DNA from: Bdellovibrionales bacterium
Lineage (GTDB): Bacteria; Bdellovibrionota; Bdellovibrionia; Bdellovibrionales; UBA1609
Direction of reading: 5' to 3'
DNA length: 64,000 nucleotides
NCBI GenBank assembly: GCA_965116175.1
Contig: OZ220490.1
Coordinates: 888,570-952,569, forward strand
In this document: piece by piece, positions 36,951 through 47,051 of the stretch
Layout of the letters: every line of letters starts with the position of its first letter
How positions within the stretch are numbered: the first letter of the stretch is position 1
Position numbers and translations under genes: made by a program
The notes under the pieces: generated by a model
Databases searched by the model: none
What the model was told of the DNA's origin: nothing
What the model saw: only the letters and a program-made list of their open reading frames with translations

Positions 36951-38204
36951 TCTTACAACAGATTCAGTAGACTGATAATTTATAGAGTAAAACTCTTTTA
37001 AAGAGTTTACTAAAAAATCCACTTCCTGTTTTGTGTTTGAAGGGGATAAAGATATACGAATACATGATCTGGCATAATCTTTTGGATTACCCAAATCGTC
37101 AAGATCGGCTATAGCAGTAAGAACATGGGAAGGTTCAAGCGATCCGGCATTACAAGCTGAACCTGCAGAAGCACACATACCTTTTTGGGCAAGATGCAGT
37201 AAAACAGCTTGATTGCTAATACCACCACAATAAATACTAGATGTATTTGACAAACGGTTGGCTTTCCTACAATTAATTTTGAAAGGACCTAGTGGTCCAT
37301 ATATTTTTATTTTTTGAAAATCTTCTGAATTTAGATTTGATAAACTTTCTTTAAATGGATTTAGCAAACTGTCCTCAAAATAATCTCTTAATTGTTTTAC
37401 ATATTCCTGTTTACTTAAATCAATATCCTCCACAGCTAACTTAAAAGATTGAATAGCAGGGTAATTATGGGTTCCCGGTCTTAAACCTCTTTCCTGTCCC
37501 CCACCATACATAAGAGGAGCAAATGGTTTTCTAGCATACAATAAGCCAATTCCTTTCATAGCTCCAATTTTATGGCCAGAAAAGCTTGCAAAATCCACAT
37601 CCCATTTTTCTAAATCAACAGGCACTTTTCCTAAAGATTGAACAGCGTCCACATGAACAAGGCAATGGTATTTTCTAGCAATTTCAATTATATATTGTAT
37701 ATCTGTAATGACTCCTGTTTCATTATTAGCGCTTAAAAACGATATAAGAGAGTGAGGACGCTTTGAGCAGGTTTCTTCTAATTTATCTAAACATAATTCC
37801 CCTTGTTTGGTATGGGATATTAAATGCCAAACTCGGTCGTTTTGTCTGTTATCCAAAATAGGATGGATATTTGAATAGTCCGACAAAAATCCAATCCTTT
37901 TGAGGCTGGCTTGATGCTCTAACATAGAACTGATAACAGCAAGTAATTGATTCAACCTCAAAGTCTCTGGCGATAAAATAGTGTTAATGGATTCTGTCCC
38001 TCCACTTGTAAAAAATAAATGTTTTGGAGAGCAGTTTAAACACTCTGAAATAACTTTGCGGCACTCTTTAATTTTTTGAGCTAATACTTGAGAATGTGAA
38101 TATACAGAAGAAGGATTATGCCAATCCTCTAAAATACCCTTTTCAAGATATTTTCTCACAGACGGAGAGTAAGGGGCTGTAGAATTATAGTCAAAGTAAA
38201 TCAT
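36945..38204 (-). CDS. sspA: cysteine desulfurase (class V aminotransferase; SspA/DndA-like)
   Basis: FTSGGTESIN, HVDAVQSLGKVPVD, SFSGHKIGAMKGIGLLY (PLP Lys) and SAGSACNAGSLEPSHVL (active-site Cys). It is the last gene of the operon, 4 nt after the upstream stop. Confidence 0.75.
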   Translation of the reverse strand: MIYFDYNSTAPYSPSVRKYLEKGILEDWHNPSSVYSHSQVLAQKIKECRKVISECLNCSPKHLFFTSGGTESINTILSPETLRLNQLLAVISSMLEHQASLKRIGFLSDYSNIHPILDNRQNDRVWHLISHTKQGELCLDKLEETCSKRPHSLISFLSANNETGVITDIQYIIEIARKYHCLVHVDAVQSLGKVPVDLEKWDVDFASFSGHKIGAMKGIGLLYARKPFAPLMYGGGQERGLRPGTHNYPAIQSFKLAVEDIDLSKQEYVKQLRDYFEDSLLNPFKESLSNLNSEDFQKIKIYGPLGPFKINCRKANRLSNTSSIYCGGISNQAVLLHLAQKGMCASAGSACNAGSLEPSHVLTAIADLDDLGNPKDYARSCIRISLSPSNTKQEVDFLVNSLKEFYSINYQSTESVVRL

Positions 38205-38207
38205 TCT

Positions 38208-40250
38208 TTACCACTTTTCGTTTAATTTTTTTAAATAACTTTTAATTTTTTCTTCAAATAGCTTAAATCTACTTTCTAAAAACTGTGATTTGATTATTTT
38301 ATCTTCAGTATTAAACTCTTCTTTTCTGTAATTCAGTTGTGTATCAATACATAGTACCTCCATACCGCTTTTTTCTATTTCTTCATCAATAGAATTAGTT
38401 AACCGTTTTTGATTTCTTTCGCTAGGAGAGTAAAATTTATTTAATATACTATGAACTGGACTGTTTTTTTTATCAGGATTTATCCAACTATCTGGAATAA
38501 TATGATCTTTATGTAAATCCTTAAAGTGTTTTATCTTTATGGTTTTTTCTTCGCCATGTTTAAATATATCAATAGCCTTTTTATATGAGTAAGATAATAT
38601 AAACTGTAAAAAATATTCTCCAATATTGTTATTATAACTATAGCCATTATCTTCATAAAAAGCTTTAAATCCCTCTAAGTCTGAATACCCTCTTTTATTA
38701 CACAGGTCATCTTCATATTTCTTAAATTGATTATCCTGTGATTTTTTTATGAATTTGATTAAATGATTTAGATGTTCTATTGAGAAAGCATTTTGCCCTT
38801 TTTCATATTTTCCAGAAAATAAACTCATCCAGTATGAATATTCTATTTTTTCTTTCGCCTCTATTTTTTCTTTATTTTTATATAAATTATAAGCTATGGG
38901 TAAAACTGTTAATTTATATTTTATATCTTTTATAGAAGGAACACCACATTTTTTAATTAGGAATTGAAAAGCTAATATAAGAGATTCTACAGCCTTCTCG
39001 GAACTATCTTCTATTTGTGTAGCCTCTATTTTTAGTAGAGATTTTTGCTTGATACAATCTACTTTAAACTCATTGCCGTCAGATTCTTTTATGAAGAGGG
39101 CTAACATATTCAAATACATATCAGAAAAATTTTTTGTAATTAAGTTTTTACTATCTTTCACAAATTTTTCTTCAATCAATTCTGCTACAGACTCGTCTTC
39201 TTCAGATTCACCTTCTAAATTTCTTATAAATGATTCTGCATAATCAAGAAGTGCTTTAGAAAGCCGCCCCATCTGTAGCTTGGAATACTTTGCGGATACA
39301 ATATCAAATACTCCAAGAGAGATGCCTCCTGTGTTCATTGTATTAAAAGCAACAATAGCTTTATTTAGTTGTGATTTTTCATATTCAACTCCATAAATTT
39401 CTTTGTAAATGATATGATTATTAAAGAATTGTAATATGTTAGTCTTTATTTTGTTGATTGTTTCTGATTTCTTCTCTTTATTTTCTATTATTACTCCATG
39501 ATCTTTTTTTATATTATTAATATGTTTTTGAACAGTACTGTTGTTTTTATTTTTTATAAGAAAATCTATATATTGTTCAGAGATTTTTTCTATTATAGGT
39601 GTTAGGTTTGAAAGATCTGACAAAATAAGAAATAAAGGCAAAAGATTTTCCTCCGTACAATAGTTTTTAATCTTTTCCATTTCTTGAGAAGGATGCCATC
39701 TGTCACCTTCATTTGTTTTCAGAACTTTTTTATTTATTATCACAGATTCAATATCTTCTATGTCGTAATCTTCAAATTTTCCAGTCCAATAAAAATCATA
39801 TAGTAAATTTAGTTTCTGTTGTAAATCGTTATTATTCTCAGCTAAAGATAAGTTTAAAAACCACCTATACCTTAAGTTATTATGTAGAGAATTATTTGTC
39901 TCTTTCCAATTATTATTTATATATAAATTATTAAAAATAGATTTTATAGTAGATATTCTTTGTTGTCCGTCCATAAGTAATTTAGAACGCTCTGGGTTTA
40001 ATCCATTTCTTTGTTCTTTATAACATAATTCACGAAGACCTATATTATCTAATTTATCTAAGACTAATATGCTCCCGATAGGAATATCTAAAAACAGAGA
40101 ACAAGCCAGTTTTGACTGCTGATCTTGAGGCTTCCACACAAAATCTCTTTGAAAGTCCGGTAGCAATAGATTCTCCTCAAGAATTAAATCTCTTATTTTG
40201 TGTCTGTATTCCTTAGCTTTCATATCTCTTCCTATTGTTATAAATCGCAA
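38208..40250 (-). CDS. sspE: DUF262 (ParB-like, DGQQR) + DUF1524 (HNH-like) protein; SspE/GmrSD-type PT-sensing or type IV restriction component
   Basis: The N-terminus has LLPDFQRDFVW...IGSILV...LMDGQQRISTI. The C-terminus has HKDHIIPDSW...NKFYSPSERNQKRLTNS (His-Me finger). Its start overlaps the SspD-like stop by 13 nt. Confidence 0.7.
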   Translation of the reverse strand: MRFITIGRDMKAKEYRHKIRDLILEENLLLPDFQRDFVWKPQDQQSKLACSLFLDIPIGSILVLDKLDNIGLRELCYKEQRNGLNPERSKLLMDGQQRISTIKSIFNNLYINNNWKETNNSLHNNLRYRWFLNLSLAENNNDLQQKLNLLYDFYWTGKFEDYDIEDIESVIINKKVLKTNEGDRWHPSQEMEKIKNYCTEENLLPLFLILSDLSNLTPIIEKISEQYIDFLIKNKNNSTVQKHINNIKKDHGVIIENKEKKSETINKIKTNILQFFNNHIIYKEIYGVEYEKSQLNKAIVAFNTMNTGGISLGVFDIVSAKYSKLQMGRLSKALLDYAESFIRNLEGESEEDESVAELIEEKFVKDSKNLITKNFSDMYLNMLALFIKESDGNEFKVDCIKQKSLLKIEATQIEDSSEKAVESLILAFQFLIKKCGVPSIKDIKYKLTVLPIAYNLYKNKEKIEAKEKIEYSYWMSLFSGKYEKGQNAFSIEHLNHLIKFIKKSQDNQFKKYEDDLCNKRGYSDLEGFKAFYEDNGYSYNNNIGEYFLQFILSYSYKKAIDIFKHGEEKTIKIKHFKDLHKDHIIPDSWINPDKKNSPVHSILNKFYSPSERNQKRLTNSIDEEIEKSGMEVLCIDTQLNYRKEEFNTEDKIIKSQFLESRFKLFEEKIKSYLKKLNEKW

Positions 40251-41056
40251 ATTAGGCAGGCATCTTCTTGGTCGTCATCATTGACTACATCTTTAAAAAC
40301 ATCTGTTATGTTTTTTCCTTTTTGTTTTGATAAGGCTTTTTCCATTCTTTGTTTATAATCTTGTTTTATTTTTTCTCTATTTTTTTCTACATCTTCCAAA
40401 GGCATTCCTTCCACCCAAGTAAAAGCAACATGATCCCCTTTGTAATTTTGTTTTTCATATTGTTTTGCTTTTTCAAACAGTTCTGGGTGTTTTTCCAAAA
40501 GTCCAACCCACTCAATTTTTCTTTGGAAGAAGCAAAAGTAACAACCAGATCGGGCCCGCCAATCATAATATTTTGGTAAGCCAATGCCTGATTCTTCCAG
40601 AATTTTATTAACTCCGTCAAGGTCGATTCCTTCTTCTTTAAAAGGATAGCGGGGCAGTATTGTATTTTTCTGTGAAATATAACCCTGTCGGTGCTCGTCA
40701 GCTCTAATACCAATATAACTTTCTATTAAGTCCTGTCTAATATACCTCTCAAAAGATTTAATTTTCATTTCCATAGTACACCACCTAGCCCTTGGAGAAG
40801 GTAAATAGTCCGAATGCTGTTTTAATAAATAATCAAAGTTTTTCTCACTATTTAAACGAACAATTTTTTTACTTAAAAAAGCTTCTAATTTATCTAGGTA
40901 TTCATAAGTTTCTGGCAATTCACTTCCCGTATCACAAAAAACATATTCTAAGTTAGGTATTTTATCTTTAAGAAAAATAGCCATAGCCGTGGAATCTTTG
41001 CCGCCAGATAGAGGACAGACCTGCCTTCTTTTTTTGTCATATTTAAAGCTAGGCAT
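40238..41056 (-). CDS. sspD: PAPS-reductase-family PP-loop ATP pyrophosphatase (SspD/DndC-like)
   Basis: CPLSGGKDSTAM (SGGxDS PP-loop), a RARWCT motif, SGCYFCFF and a C-terminal CLIC. The preferred start MPSFKYDKK at 41056 forms ATGCCTAG with the upstream stop. The track start is 41125. Confidence 0.78.
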   Translation of the reverse strand: MPSFKYDKKRRQVCPLSGGKDSTAMAIFLKDKIPNLEYVFCDTGSELPETYEYLDKLEAFLSKKIVRLNSEKNFDYLLKQHSDYLPSPRARWCTMEMKIKSFERYIRQDLIESYIGIRADEHRQGYISQKNTILPRYPFKEEGIDLDGVNKILEESGIGLPKYYDWRARSGCYFCFFQRKIEWVGLLEKHPELFEKAKQYEKQNYKGDHVAFTWVEGMPLEDVEKNREKIKQDYKQRMEKALSKQKGKNITDVFKDVVNDDDQEDACLICDL

Positions 41057-44000
41057 TGATTTCCGTATCCCCAACATATACATCCGCAGGTTCTTCTGTT
41101 TGTTCTTTAGAAGTCTTTTCATCAACGGATTTCAAAATGGCCAAAATGACTTTTCTTTTATCTATTTCATCAAAAGAATCCAAAATGAGCTTTATTTTTT
41201 CTATAGAAGAAGAAAGATGTTTATTAGTATCAAAATGAGTTCCTAATTTCACAAAAGTTTTTTTGTTTTTTCCCTTATCAATAAAAGCTAATACAGATTG
41301 TCCTTTAAAATTAGGATTAGCTATCTCACAAGCCAGTTCAATTTCTGTTTTGACTCTTTTTAAAGCAAACTCAAACTTAAAGTATCCTTTTTTATCCCAA
41401 TACCTTGGAGAAGAACCAGTCAATACATCAGCAATTGTTTCTAAAAAATACTGGTTATAATTAGAAGGATCAAAATTTAACACCCGTCCTATAAAGCGAC
41501 TGGTGTTAGAGCTGAATGGATAATCTTTAACTTGTGAAAGAGTATCCTTAAAACTTTCAATAAGTTTATTTTTTGTTATGGGTTTAAGAGTATTATTTAA
41601 GCATTGTTTATCTATAAATTTAATGAAAGTTATGAGATCAGATTTGATTTTTAAGAGCAGGTTTTTATAGACTTCATCAATCTCTTGTTTTATATCATTC
41701 AGTTTAAGTAATATATCTTCTATTTCATTAGTACTAGTTTTAGAATGAATACTTTGTTTATTAAAACAGTCTGATATTCTGTTAAAAAGGAGTTTATCAG
41801 GCTCTTTAGAGGAATCAATTTGAATAAGAAGTTTTCGCCCCCTCTGTGACAATACTGAAGATAGTTTTGTAGATTCCGGGATGCTTTTTCTCCACTTAAT
41901 TAGAGCTTCTATAACTGAACGAATAGATACATCTTTGGCTTTAAAAGTTTCAGCTAAGCCATTTAAAAAATTTTGTTGTTTAGTATTTATTGGAGTGTAA
42001 TGAATAATTGTTTTTTTAGGGTATTTCATCAAAAGATCATAATGATCTCCATCTAAATCCTTAACATAAGCTTCATCAAAATAATGACTGACAGGCTGTT
42101 TGAAACACAAATCAGCTAAAGCAATAAAAACAGGAATCACACCAAGACGAAAGCCATAAGGAGGAGAAACCAGTATATCTAAAAGTGTATTTCCATAAAT
42201 GCCTTGAGGATGTTCAGACAAAATTTGCTCGTATTCTTTAAAAAATTTATAATAAGCTGATAATTTGGAAATTTGGTAAATGTTTATTTCAGAAGAATAC
42301 TTAAATTTAGAAAGCCTGAACATAGTATCAAAAATCACATAGTCTGGCCCATGACCCTCTATACAGCTGATTATATTTTTTATAGGTTTATTTCTGTTTT
42401 GTTTTAAAAGGTTAATAAATTTTTTACGCCCTAAAGTAATGCTTCCCGAAACACTGTGGCGGTTCATATACTCTAAATTAAATTTTATATATTTATTATA
42501 TTCTTTTTCAAAGAGATTGCCTAAATACCTTTGCAGTTCTTTAAAATGAGAAACTTTTTTTAATGACACCTCTTTGCCTTTTATAAAATCAAGCATAGGG
42601 TAAACAACATAAGCTGAAAGATTCATATAGCCAATAAAAGGTTTTAACAGAGAATTTATAGAAAAAAGCAAAATTTCTTTATGGCGATCCAGTTCTTTTT
42701 TTACTAAAGGGCTGGCTAATAAAATTTCCCTGTTATTGTATAAACAATCAACAGCGTTTAGTTCCTCAATATCTTTTCTACACTCTATAAACTGTGTAGG
42801 TAGAATAAAGACAGTGAGTGGAGATGATATTTTTTGAATTTCTGATTTTGCATAAACAAATTCATCATGACTGAAAGGAATTACATAAAAAACACAACCG
42901 TCCTCTCTATAAAAATCAACATTTTGTTGTGTTCTAAGGTTTTTTAACTCCTCAACAGAAATAATTTTTGTTCCGTAAAAACGATTTATAGCATTATCAA
43001 AATTATATTTTTTAGGAATAATAAAATCTGTCTTAAAATATCTTCTTAAAACTTGAACAAGGCTTTTACTGGTTAATGTTGTGTCTTTTAATTTGGAAAT
43101 TTCCTCATCAATATCAATAGGGGCACCTTCCTGCAAAAGATACTGTTTTATATTTTTATTATAAAAAATAATTTTTTTATCTTTTAAAAACTTTAAGGAT
43201 TTTTTAATATCCCCTCTTGAAAATAATTGGTTAAAACAATCTACAATAAAATCTTCTGTTAGAGGCGAAAAATGAGTGTCTTTAACAACAGAGCAAAGGG
43301 CTATAAGGCTTATAATTTGTTTTGAAGCTTCATCTTTTTTTTCAATTTTTTTAAAGGCTTCCTCCGCCATAAGCTGAACCTTATAAGCACCTCCAATGCC
43401 AATATCTTTTCCAATAAGAATTTTAAAATATTGATATAAATTATAAGGCAGCAGCAAAGTGGTTTGATCTTTAAATCTTTCATCTAAAAATCTTTTAAGA
43501 GAGTGATTTTCATTACGGGTTAAAAAAGTGTAAAGGGTTCTTTCATTTTGAGCCACTTTTTTTGATAAATGAGGGAGAAGGGCTAAAACAACAGGATGCA
43601 AAGGAAAGCAGTTAAGTAAAATTGGTTCTATATTTTTTAAATCAATAAAATCTTCAAAAGTGTCTGTTTGCCATTCTGACACATATTTTTTAATGTAGGT
43701 TTTATATTTCTTAGCCATAGAAATTTGACTTTTTAAAATATTTTTTTCAAAAACAGCAGAAATCATTTTGTAATAATCAGCGCTTTTATCGTAAAAAGCG
43801 GATTCTTGAAAACGACCTTCAATTTTTGCCCATTCCTGTTGGACATTGATAGGAAGCTGGCTGGCATATTGAGAAATAGACAAATGAGTGATAAGCATTA
43901 AATGACACTGTTTTTCTCCTGAGCGATTGCAAAACTCCGCAAAGTTTTGTAAAAATTGAATGTTTAAATCTGTTGGATTGTGCACTCCTTTTTCTAAATA

Positions 44001-44585
44001 TTTTCCAAATTCATCATAAATGACAAAGATTCCACCATAGCCTTTTGCTTTTAAACTATTCAAAGAATCCTTGTAAAATTGCAAAGCTTTTTTTGATTGA
44101 CTTTTAGCAGGGATTCCTACTTGTGACAAAGATTCTTTAAGCTTGTTTTTAAAGATTTGTTCAATCTCTCCTTCATACCCATTAATGAATACAGGCAATA
44201 GCTTTGTTTGTCCTGATTTTTGAAATGAGTTAAAACTTGCTTTTAAATTTTTATTTGCTTTATTGATTAAAACATTGATGATTTTAGAATATTTTTTTGC
44301 AATGATTTGAGCCGTTAACAAAGCAAAAGTAGATTTGCCAAGCCCTGGAGAACCGCTTAGGACTCTTACTCTATGTTTTGAGTTTTTTTCTAAAATGGAA
44401 TTAAAAATTTCTTTTAACCCCTCTTGAAATTTAGAGGAAAGATAAATATTTTTTAATCTTGAAATATCTTTATAATCCAGTTCTAAATTTGTAGATCTGT
44501 TATAGCTATCAGATAACTGAATAAGATTTTGTATTGAAAAACTTTTTTTCTTTTTTACTGATTGATTTTTTATATTGTGTTTCAT
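41049..44585 (-). CDS. sspC: large P-loop NTPase (SspC-like; DUF499/BrxC-like ATPase architecture)
   Basis: Walker A is LSGSPGLGKST (near residue 80) and Walker B is GGIFVIYDEFGKY. The long helical remainder (1178 aa) is unrecognised. The call rests mainly on its position between the DUF4007 and PAPS-reductase genes. Confidence 0.6.
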   Translation of the reverse strand: MKHNIKNQSVKKKKSFSIQNLIQLSDSYNRSTNLELDYKDISRLKNIYLSSKFQEGLKEIFNSILEKNSKHRVRVLSGSPGLGKSTFALLTAQIIAKKYSKIINVLINKANKNLKASFNSFQKSGQTKLLPVFINGYEGEIEQIFKNKLKESLSQVGIPAKSQSKKALQFYKDSLNSLKAKGYGGIFVIYDEFGKYLEKGVHNPTDLNIQFLQNFAEFCNRSGEKQCHLMLITHLSISQYASQLPINVQQEWAKIEGRFQESAFYDKSADYYKMISAVFEKNILKSQISMAKKYKTYIKKYVSEWQTDTFEDFIDLKNIEPILLNCFPLHPVVLALLPHLSKKVAQNERTLYTFLTRNENHSLKRFLDERFKDQTTLLLPYNLYQYFKILIGKDIGIGGAYKVQLMAEEAFKKIEKKDEASKQIISLIALCSVVKDTHFSPLTEDFIVDCFNQLFSRGDIKKSLKFLKDKKIIFYNKNIKQYLLQEGAPIDIDEEISKLKDTTLTSKSLVQVLRRYFKTDFIIPKKYNFDNAINRFYGTKIISVEELKNLRTQQNVDFYREDGCVFYVIPFSHDEFVYAKSEIQKISSPLTVFILPTQFIECRKDIEELNAVDCLYNNREILLASPLVKKELDRHKEILLFSINSLLKPFIGYMNLSAYVVYPMLDFIKGKEVSLKKVSHFKELQRYLGNLFEKEYNKYIKFNLEYMNRHSVSGSITLGRKKFINLLKQNRNKPIKNIISCIEGHGPDYVIFDTMFRLSKFKYSSEINIYQISKLSAYYKFFKEYEQILSEHPQGIYGNTLLDILVSPPYGFRLGVIPVFIALADLCFKQPVSHYFDEAYVKDLDGDHYDLLMKYPKKTIIHYTPINTKQQNFLNGLAETFKAKDVSIRSVIEALIKWRKSIPESTKLSSVLSQRGRKLLIQIDSSKEPDKLLFNRISDCFNKQSIHSKTSTNEIEDILLKLNDIKQEIDEVYKNLLLKIKSDLITFIKFIDKQCLNNTLKPITKNKLIESFKDTLSQVKDYPFSSNTSRFIGRVLNFDPSNYNQYFLETIADVLTGSSPRYWDKKGYFKFEFALKRVKTEIELACEIANPNFKGQSVLAFIDKGKNKKTFVKLGTHFDTNKHLSSSIEKIKLILDSFDEIDKRKVILAILKSVDEKTSKEQTEEPADVYVGDTEINA

Positions 44586-44640
44586 TTTGTTTCTCTATTG
44601 AGTTAAATAACAAGCAACATTCATAGTAAAACATAAATGT

Positions 44641-45531
44641 TTAAACAGAATTAGCGTGAACGCCCATCTCTTTATAGTAATTATCTAAAGCTTTTTTCAA
44701 ATAAGCTGAATCAGGCTGGACAATAAAGTATCCTCCTGTTCTTGAATAATTCAGATAATTTATTTTTGAACAATTCTCTATTAGATCGTTCATTTTCTCT
44801 AAAGAAAAATGAAAAATACGGCCCGGAGAGTTTTTCTTAAGCGATAAATCCTCAAGATTAACAGATTCTGGACAACTCAGATGATTTTGCCAGAATAAGA
44901 AAAGAATATAAGCAAAAACATGGATGTTAAAATCATTGATATTTAGTTTGTTTCTAATAAACTTTTCCCCTCTTTTTTCAATCCAGCCATATTTTGTAAA
45001 GGGGGAGGGAGTTTCTGTTTCAGGATTTCTTTTTCCTGCCCATTCCACAGCCTGATACATTCTTAAAAGACAATTTAAGTCTTTGTATAAAGTTGCATCT
45101 TTTATTTTTTTGCCTGTTTTAATTTGAATATAAGCAAAAAAAGCATTTTCAAGAGATTCCTTTTCAAATTCATCAGCAGAAAAATAGTTAAAAAACCAAT
45201 ACCATGTTGTTGCTTCCTCTTTGTTTGTTACAAGCAGGTAATGAATTAAAAAAAGTGTTCCATCTAATTCAAAGTAAGGGTCTTTTTCTAAAATTTTTCT
45301 GGCTGTATCTGTAAGGGTAAAACCTACTGGATGGGATTTGATAAGATTTGCCGCCTTAAGCCAGTATCTTATAGAGTCCACCATATTTTTGCCGACCCCC
45401 ATTTTCTGCATGGCCATTTCAGTATTTTTTTTGTTATTTAAGAGAATCTGAGAGGTTTGATTTGTCCAGTAAATTCCTTTGTAAAGCCATTGATCCCTTA
45501 AATGAAAGCTTTGATGTCCGCCGAATTTCAT
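44641..45531 (-). CDS. sspB: DUF4007 family protein (SspB-like nickase component)
   Basis: The N-terminus FGGHQSFHLRDQWLYKG matches the DUF4007 opening motif as I recall it (F.GHE.F.LR.GWL.K). It is the first gene of the operon. Confidence 0.65.
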   Translation of the reverse strand: MKFGGHQSFHLRDQWLYKGIYWTNQTSQILLNNKKNTEMAMQKMGVGKNMVDSIRYWLKAANLIKSHPVGFTLTDTARKILEKDPYFELDGTLFLIHYLLVTNKEEATTWYWFFNYFSADEFEKESLENAFFAYIQIKTGKKIKDATLYKDLNCLLRMYQAVEWAGKRNPETETPSPFTKYGWIEKRGEKFIRNKLNINDFNIHVFAYILFLFWQNHLSCPESVNLEDLSLKKNSPGRIFHFSLEKMNDLIENCSKINYLNYSRTGGYFIVQPDSAYLKKALDNYYKEMGVHANSV

Positions 45532-45544
45532 TATGCCTCAATCC

Positions 45545-45575
45545 TTTTGGGAAAAGCCTAACCTAATTCCCAAAA
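45545..45575. promoter_or_regulatory. 9-bp perfect inverted repeat in the sspB leader
   Basis: TTTTGGGAA-N13-TTCCCAAAA ends 14 nt upstream of the sspB ATG, directly 5' of the GAGG Shine-Dalgarno on the minus-strand mRNA. Confidence 0.3.
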
Positions 45576-45767
45576 AGAGACAATCTTTATTATTTTCTAA
45601 ATTGCTTAAAATATATGCTTTAGCAAAAAAAACAGGACTCTAGGGCAAGTTTTTTGAAATGAAAATTTCTTAATTTTTAAAGTTTTTGTCCTGATTTTTA
45701 AATCTGTCAAATAACAATCTTACAAAAGTAAATTTCTACTGTAAAATTGACACTTTGTCTTAAATTA

Positions 45768-45895
45768 GGTTCATGACAACTTAAGCCTGATTTTATAGGT
45801 TTTAAGTTTTTGAAATGAATGGGAAAAACAAGTATTTTATCCGCTCCCGCCTTTCTGAGAAGAAATTTAGGGAGATTATCAAGTTACTCTACGAA
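45768..45895 (+). mobile_element. IS1595-family remnant: terminal repeat plus the first about 26 transposase codons
   Basis: GGTTCATGACAACTTAAG is at 45768. MNGKNKYFIRSRLSEKKFREIIKL matches the N-terminus of the 57.8-kb copy (MKNKYFIRSRISEAKFREIIKL), and similarity is then lost. Confidence 0.7.
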
Positions 45896-45911
45896 AATAA
45901 AAAACTTAAAA

Positions 45912-46703
45912 TCACTCCAAAGCTCTTTTCGCTTTCAATTTTGTCATCCCAGGTCTTATTCTATTATCGTATAGGATTTGAATCACTTCTTCATCAATAT
46001 CTGCAAATCTTGTAGGTGAGGATTCTTGGTGAAAAATACTATCAGGATAAGAGTAGGAATCTTTTGCAATTCCTAAAGATTGTGTTATTTCCTCCCTTAA
46101 AACACTTTTCCTTTCTTCCCCTTTCAATTTTTGATCAATAAAAACCATAGCTTTATAAATAACATAATCACTATCTTTAAATGGCATAAATAAACCAACA
46201 GGGACAGGTTTAGGTATAAAACGGTATATTAGGGGAAAATCTCTTTTAATTTTGTCAGGATCAACAAAATAAATTTTTAAATTAGGTCTTGAATCGTTAA
46301 TTTCTATATTTAAACCTGTTAAATCAGAAAGTTCCTCTGCAATTTTTTCAACCTCTCTTTTGTCTTCAGAGTTATACCCTTCATACAATTTGATTCGTAC
46401 ATCCCCTTGCCATTTCTGAACATTAAAGCCTGAGAGCCAACTTAAATACTCTGATCCAAAGGCTATCTCCATAAAATAATCAATAGCTTCATCGGAATAT
46501 CTTTTTCTGGAATGAGATTGGCCTTTTCTTTCATAGTTTTTATAACCTCTATAATAAGGATCTTCATATTCATAATTACAGTCAGGATCTTTAGAATACT
46601 CACAACCTTGAGGGGGAAAATCAGGATAACAGCCATTTATTCCCACAAAACAACAAAGCAAAAAAACGAGTTGGAAAAATCTAATACAAAAAATGTTTTT
46701 CAT
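45912..46703 (-). CDS. lipoprotein, unknown function (possibly DUF2927-like)
   Basis: Lipobox GINGC. LREEITQSLGIAKDS is reminiscent of DUF2927, but this is weak. Confidence 0.4.
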   Translation of the reverse strand: MKNIFCIRFFQLVFLLCCFVGINGCYPDFPPQGCEYSKDPDCNYEYEDPYYRGYKNYERKGQSHSRKRYSDEAIDYFMEIAFGSEYLSWLSGFNVQKWQGDVRIKLYEGYNSEDKREVEKIAEELSDLTGLNIEINDSRPNLKIYFVDPDKIKRDFPLIYRFIPKPVPVGLFMPFKDSDYVIYKAMVFIDQKLKGEERKSVLREEITQSLGIAKDSYSYPDSIFHQESSPTRFADIDEEVIQILYDNRIRPGMTKLKAKRALE

Positions 46704-47051
46704 TTGATTTGTTTTCTTAAGTATTTATATCTCTATAACTCAAACTGTAAACGCAAAGCATGGCTAAGATGTAATCGTCTCAATGAATCCTATTCTTAAG
46801 CTCCAGCTATGATAATTGATTATTATAAGGCCATTAACTAAAAAATCAAGACAAAGGGCTGGTTTGCTTTTCATGGCTTACTGTAAAAAGAGCTATTATC
46901 AGGAATGCTTTTCATTTGCAAAAAACTGTTAAAATGCTAAAAAAGTCTTAACACTTAAAGGAGTTAAATAGTGTCTTAAAAAAATACGGCTTTATGCTGA
47001 CAGTTGTATACAAGACTGATACATTTATCCAATGTCTAAAAAACCTGTGAT

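Noticed and set aside
38208-40250. Interpretation as DndB (negative regulator of Dnd)
   Set aside because: The motif is DGQQR (DUF262) rather than DGQHR. A C-terminal His-Me/DUF1524 nuclease-like domain is also present, which fits SspE/GmrSD-type proteins better.
40387-40713. 108-aa alternative-frame ORF, and the plus-strand 76-aa ORF at 40349..40579
   Set aside because: Both lie inside the PP-loop (SspD-like) gene, whose own frame carries the family motifs.
41049-44585. Interpretation as the BREX BrxC/PglY ATPase
   Set aside because: The size and P-loop placement are similar. However, no PglX methyltransferase, PglZ or BrxA/B/L genes are nearby, and the flanking DUF4007 and PAPS-reductase genes point to an Ssp-type context instead.
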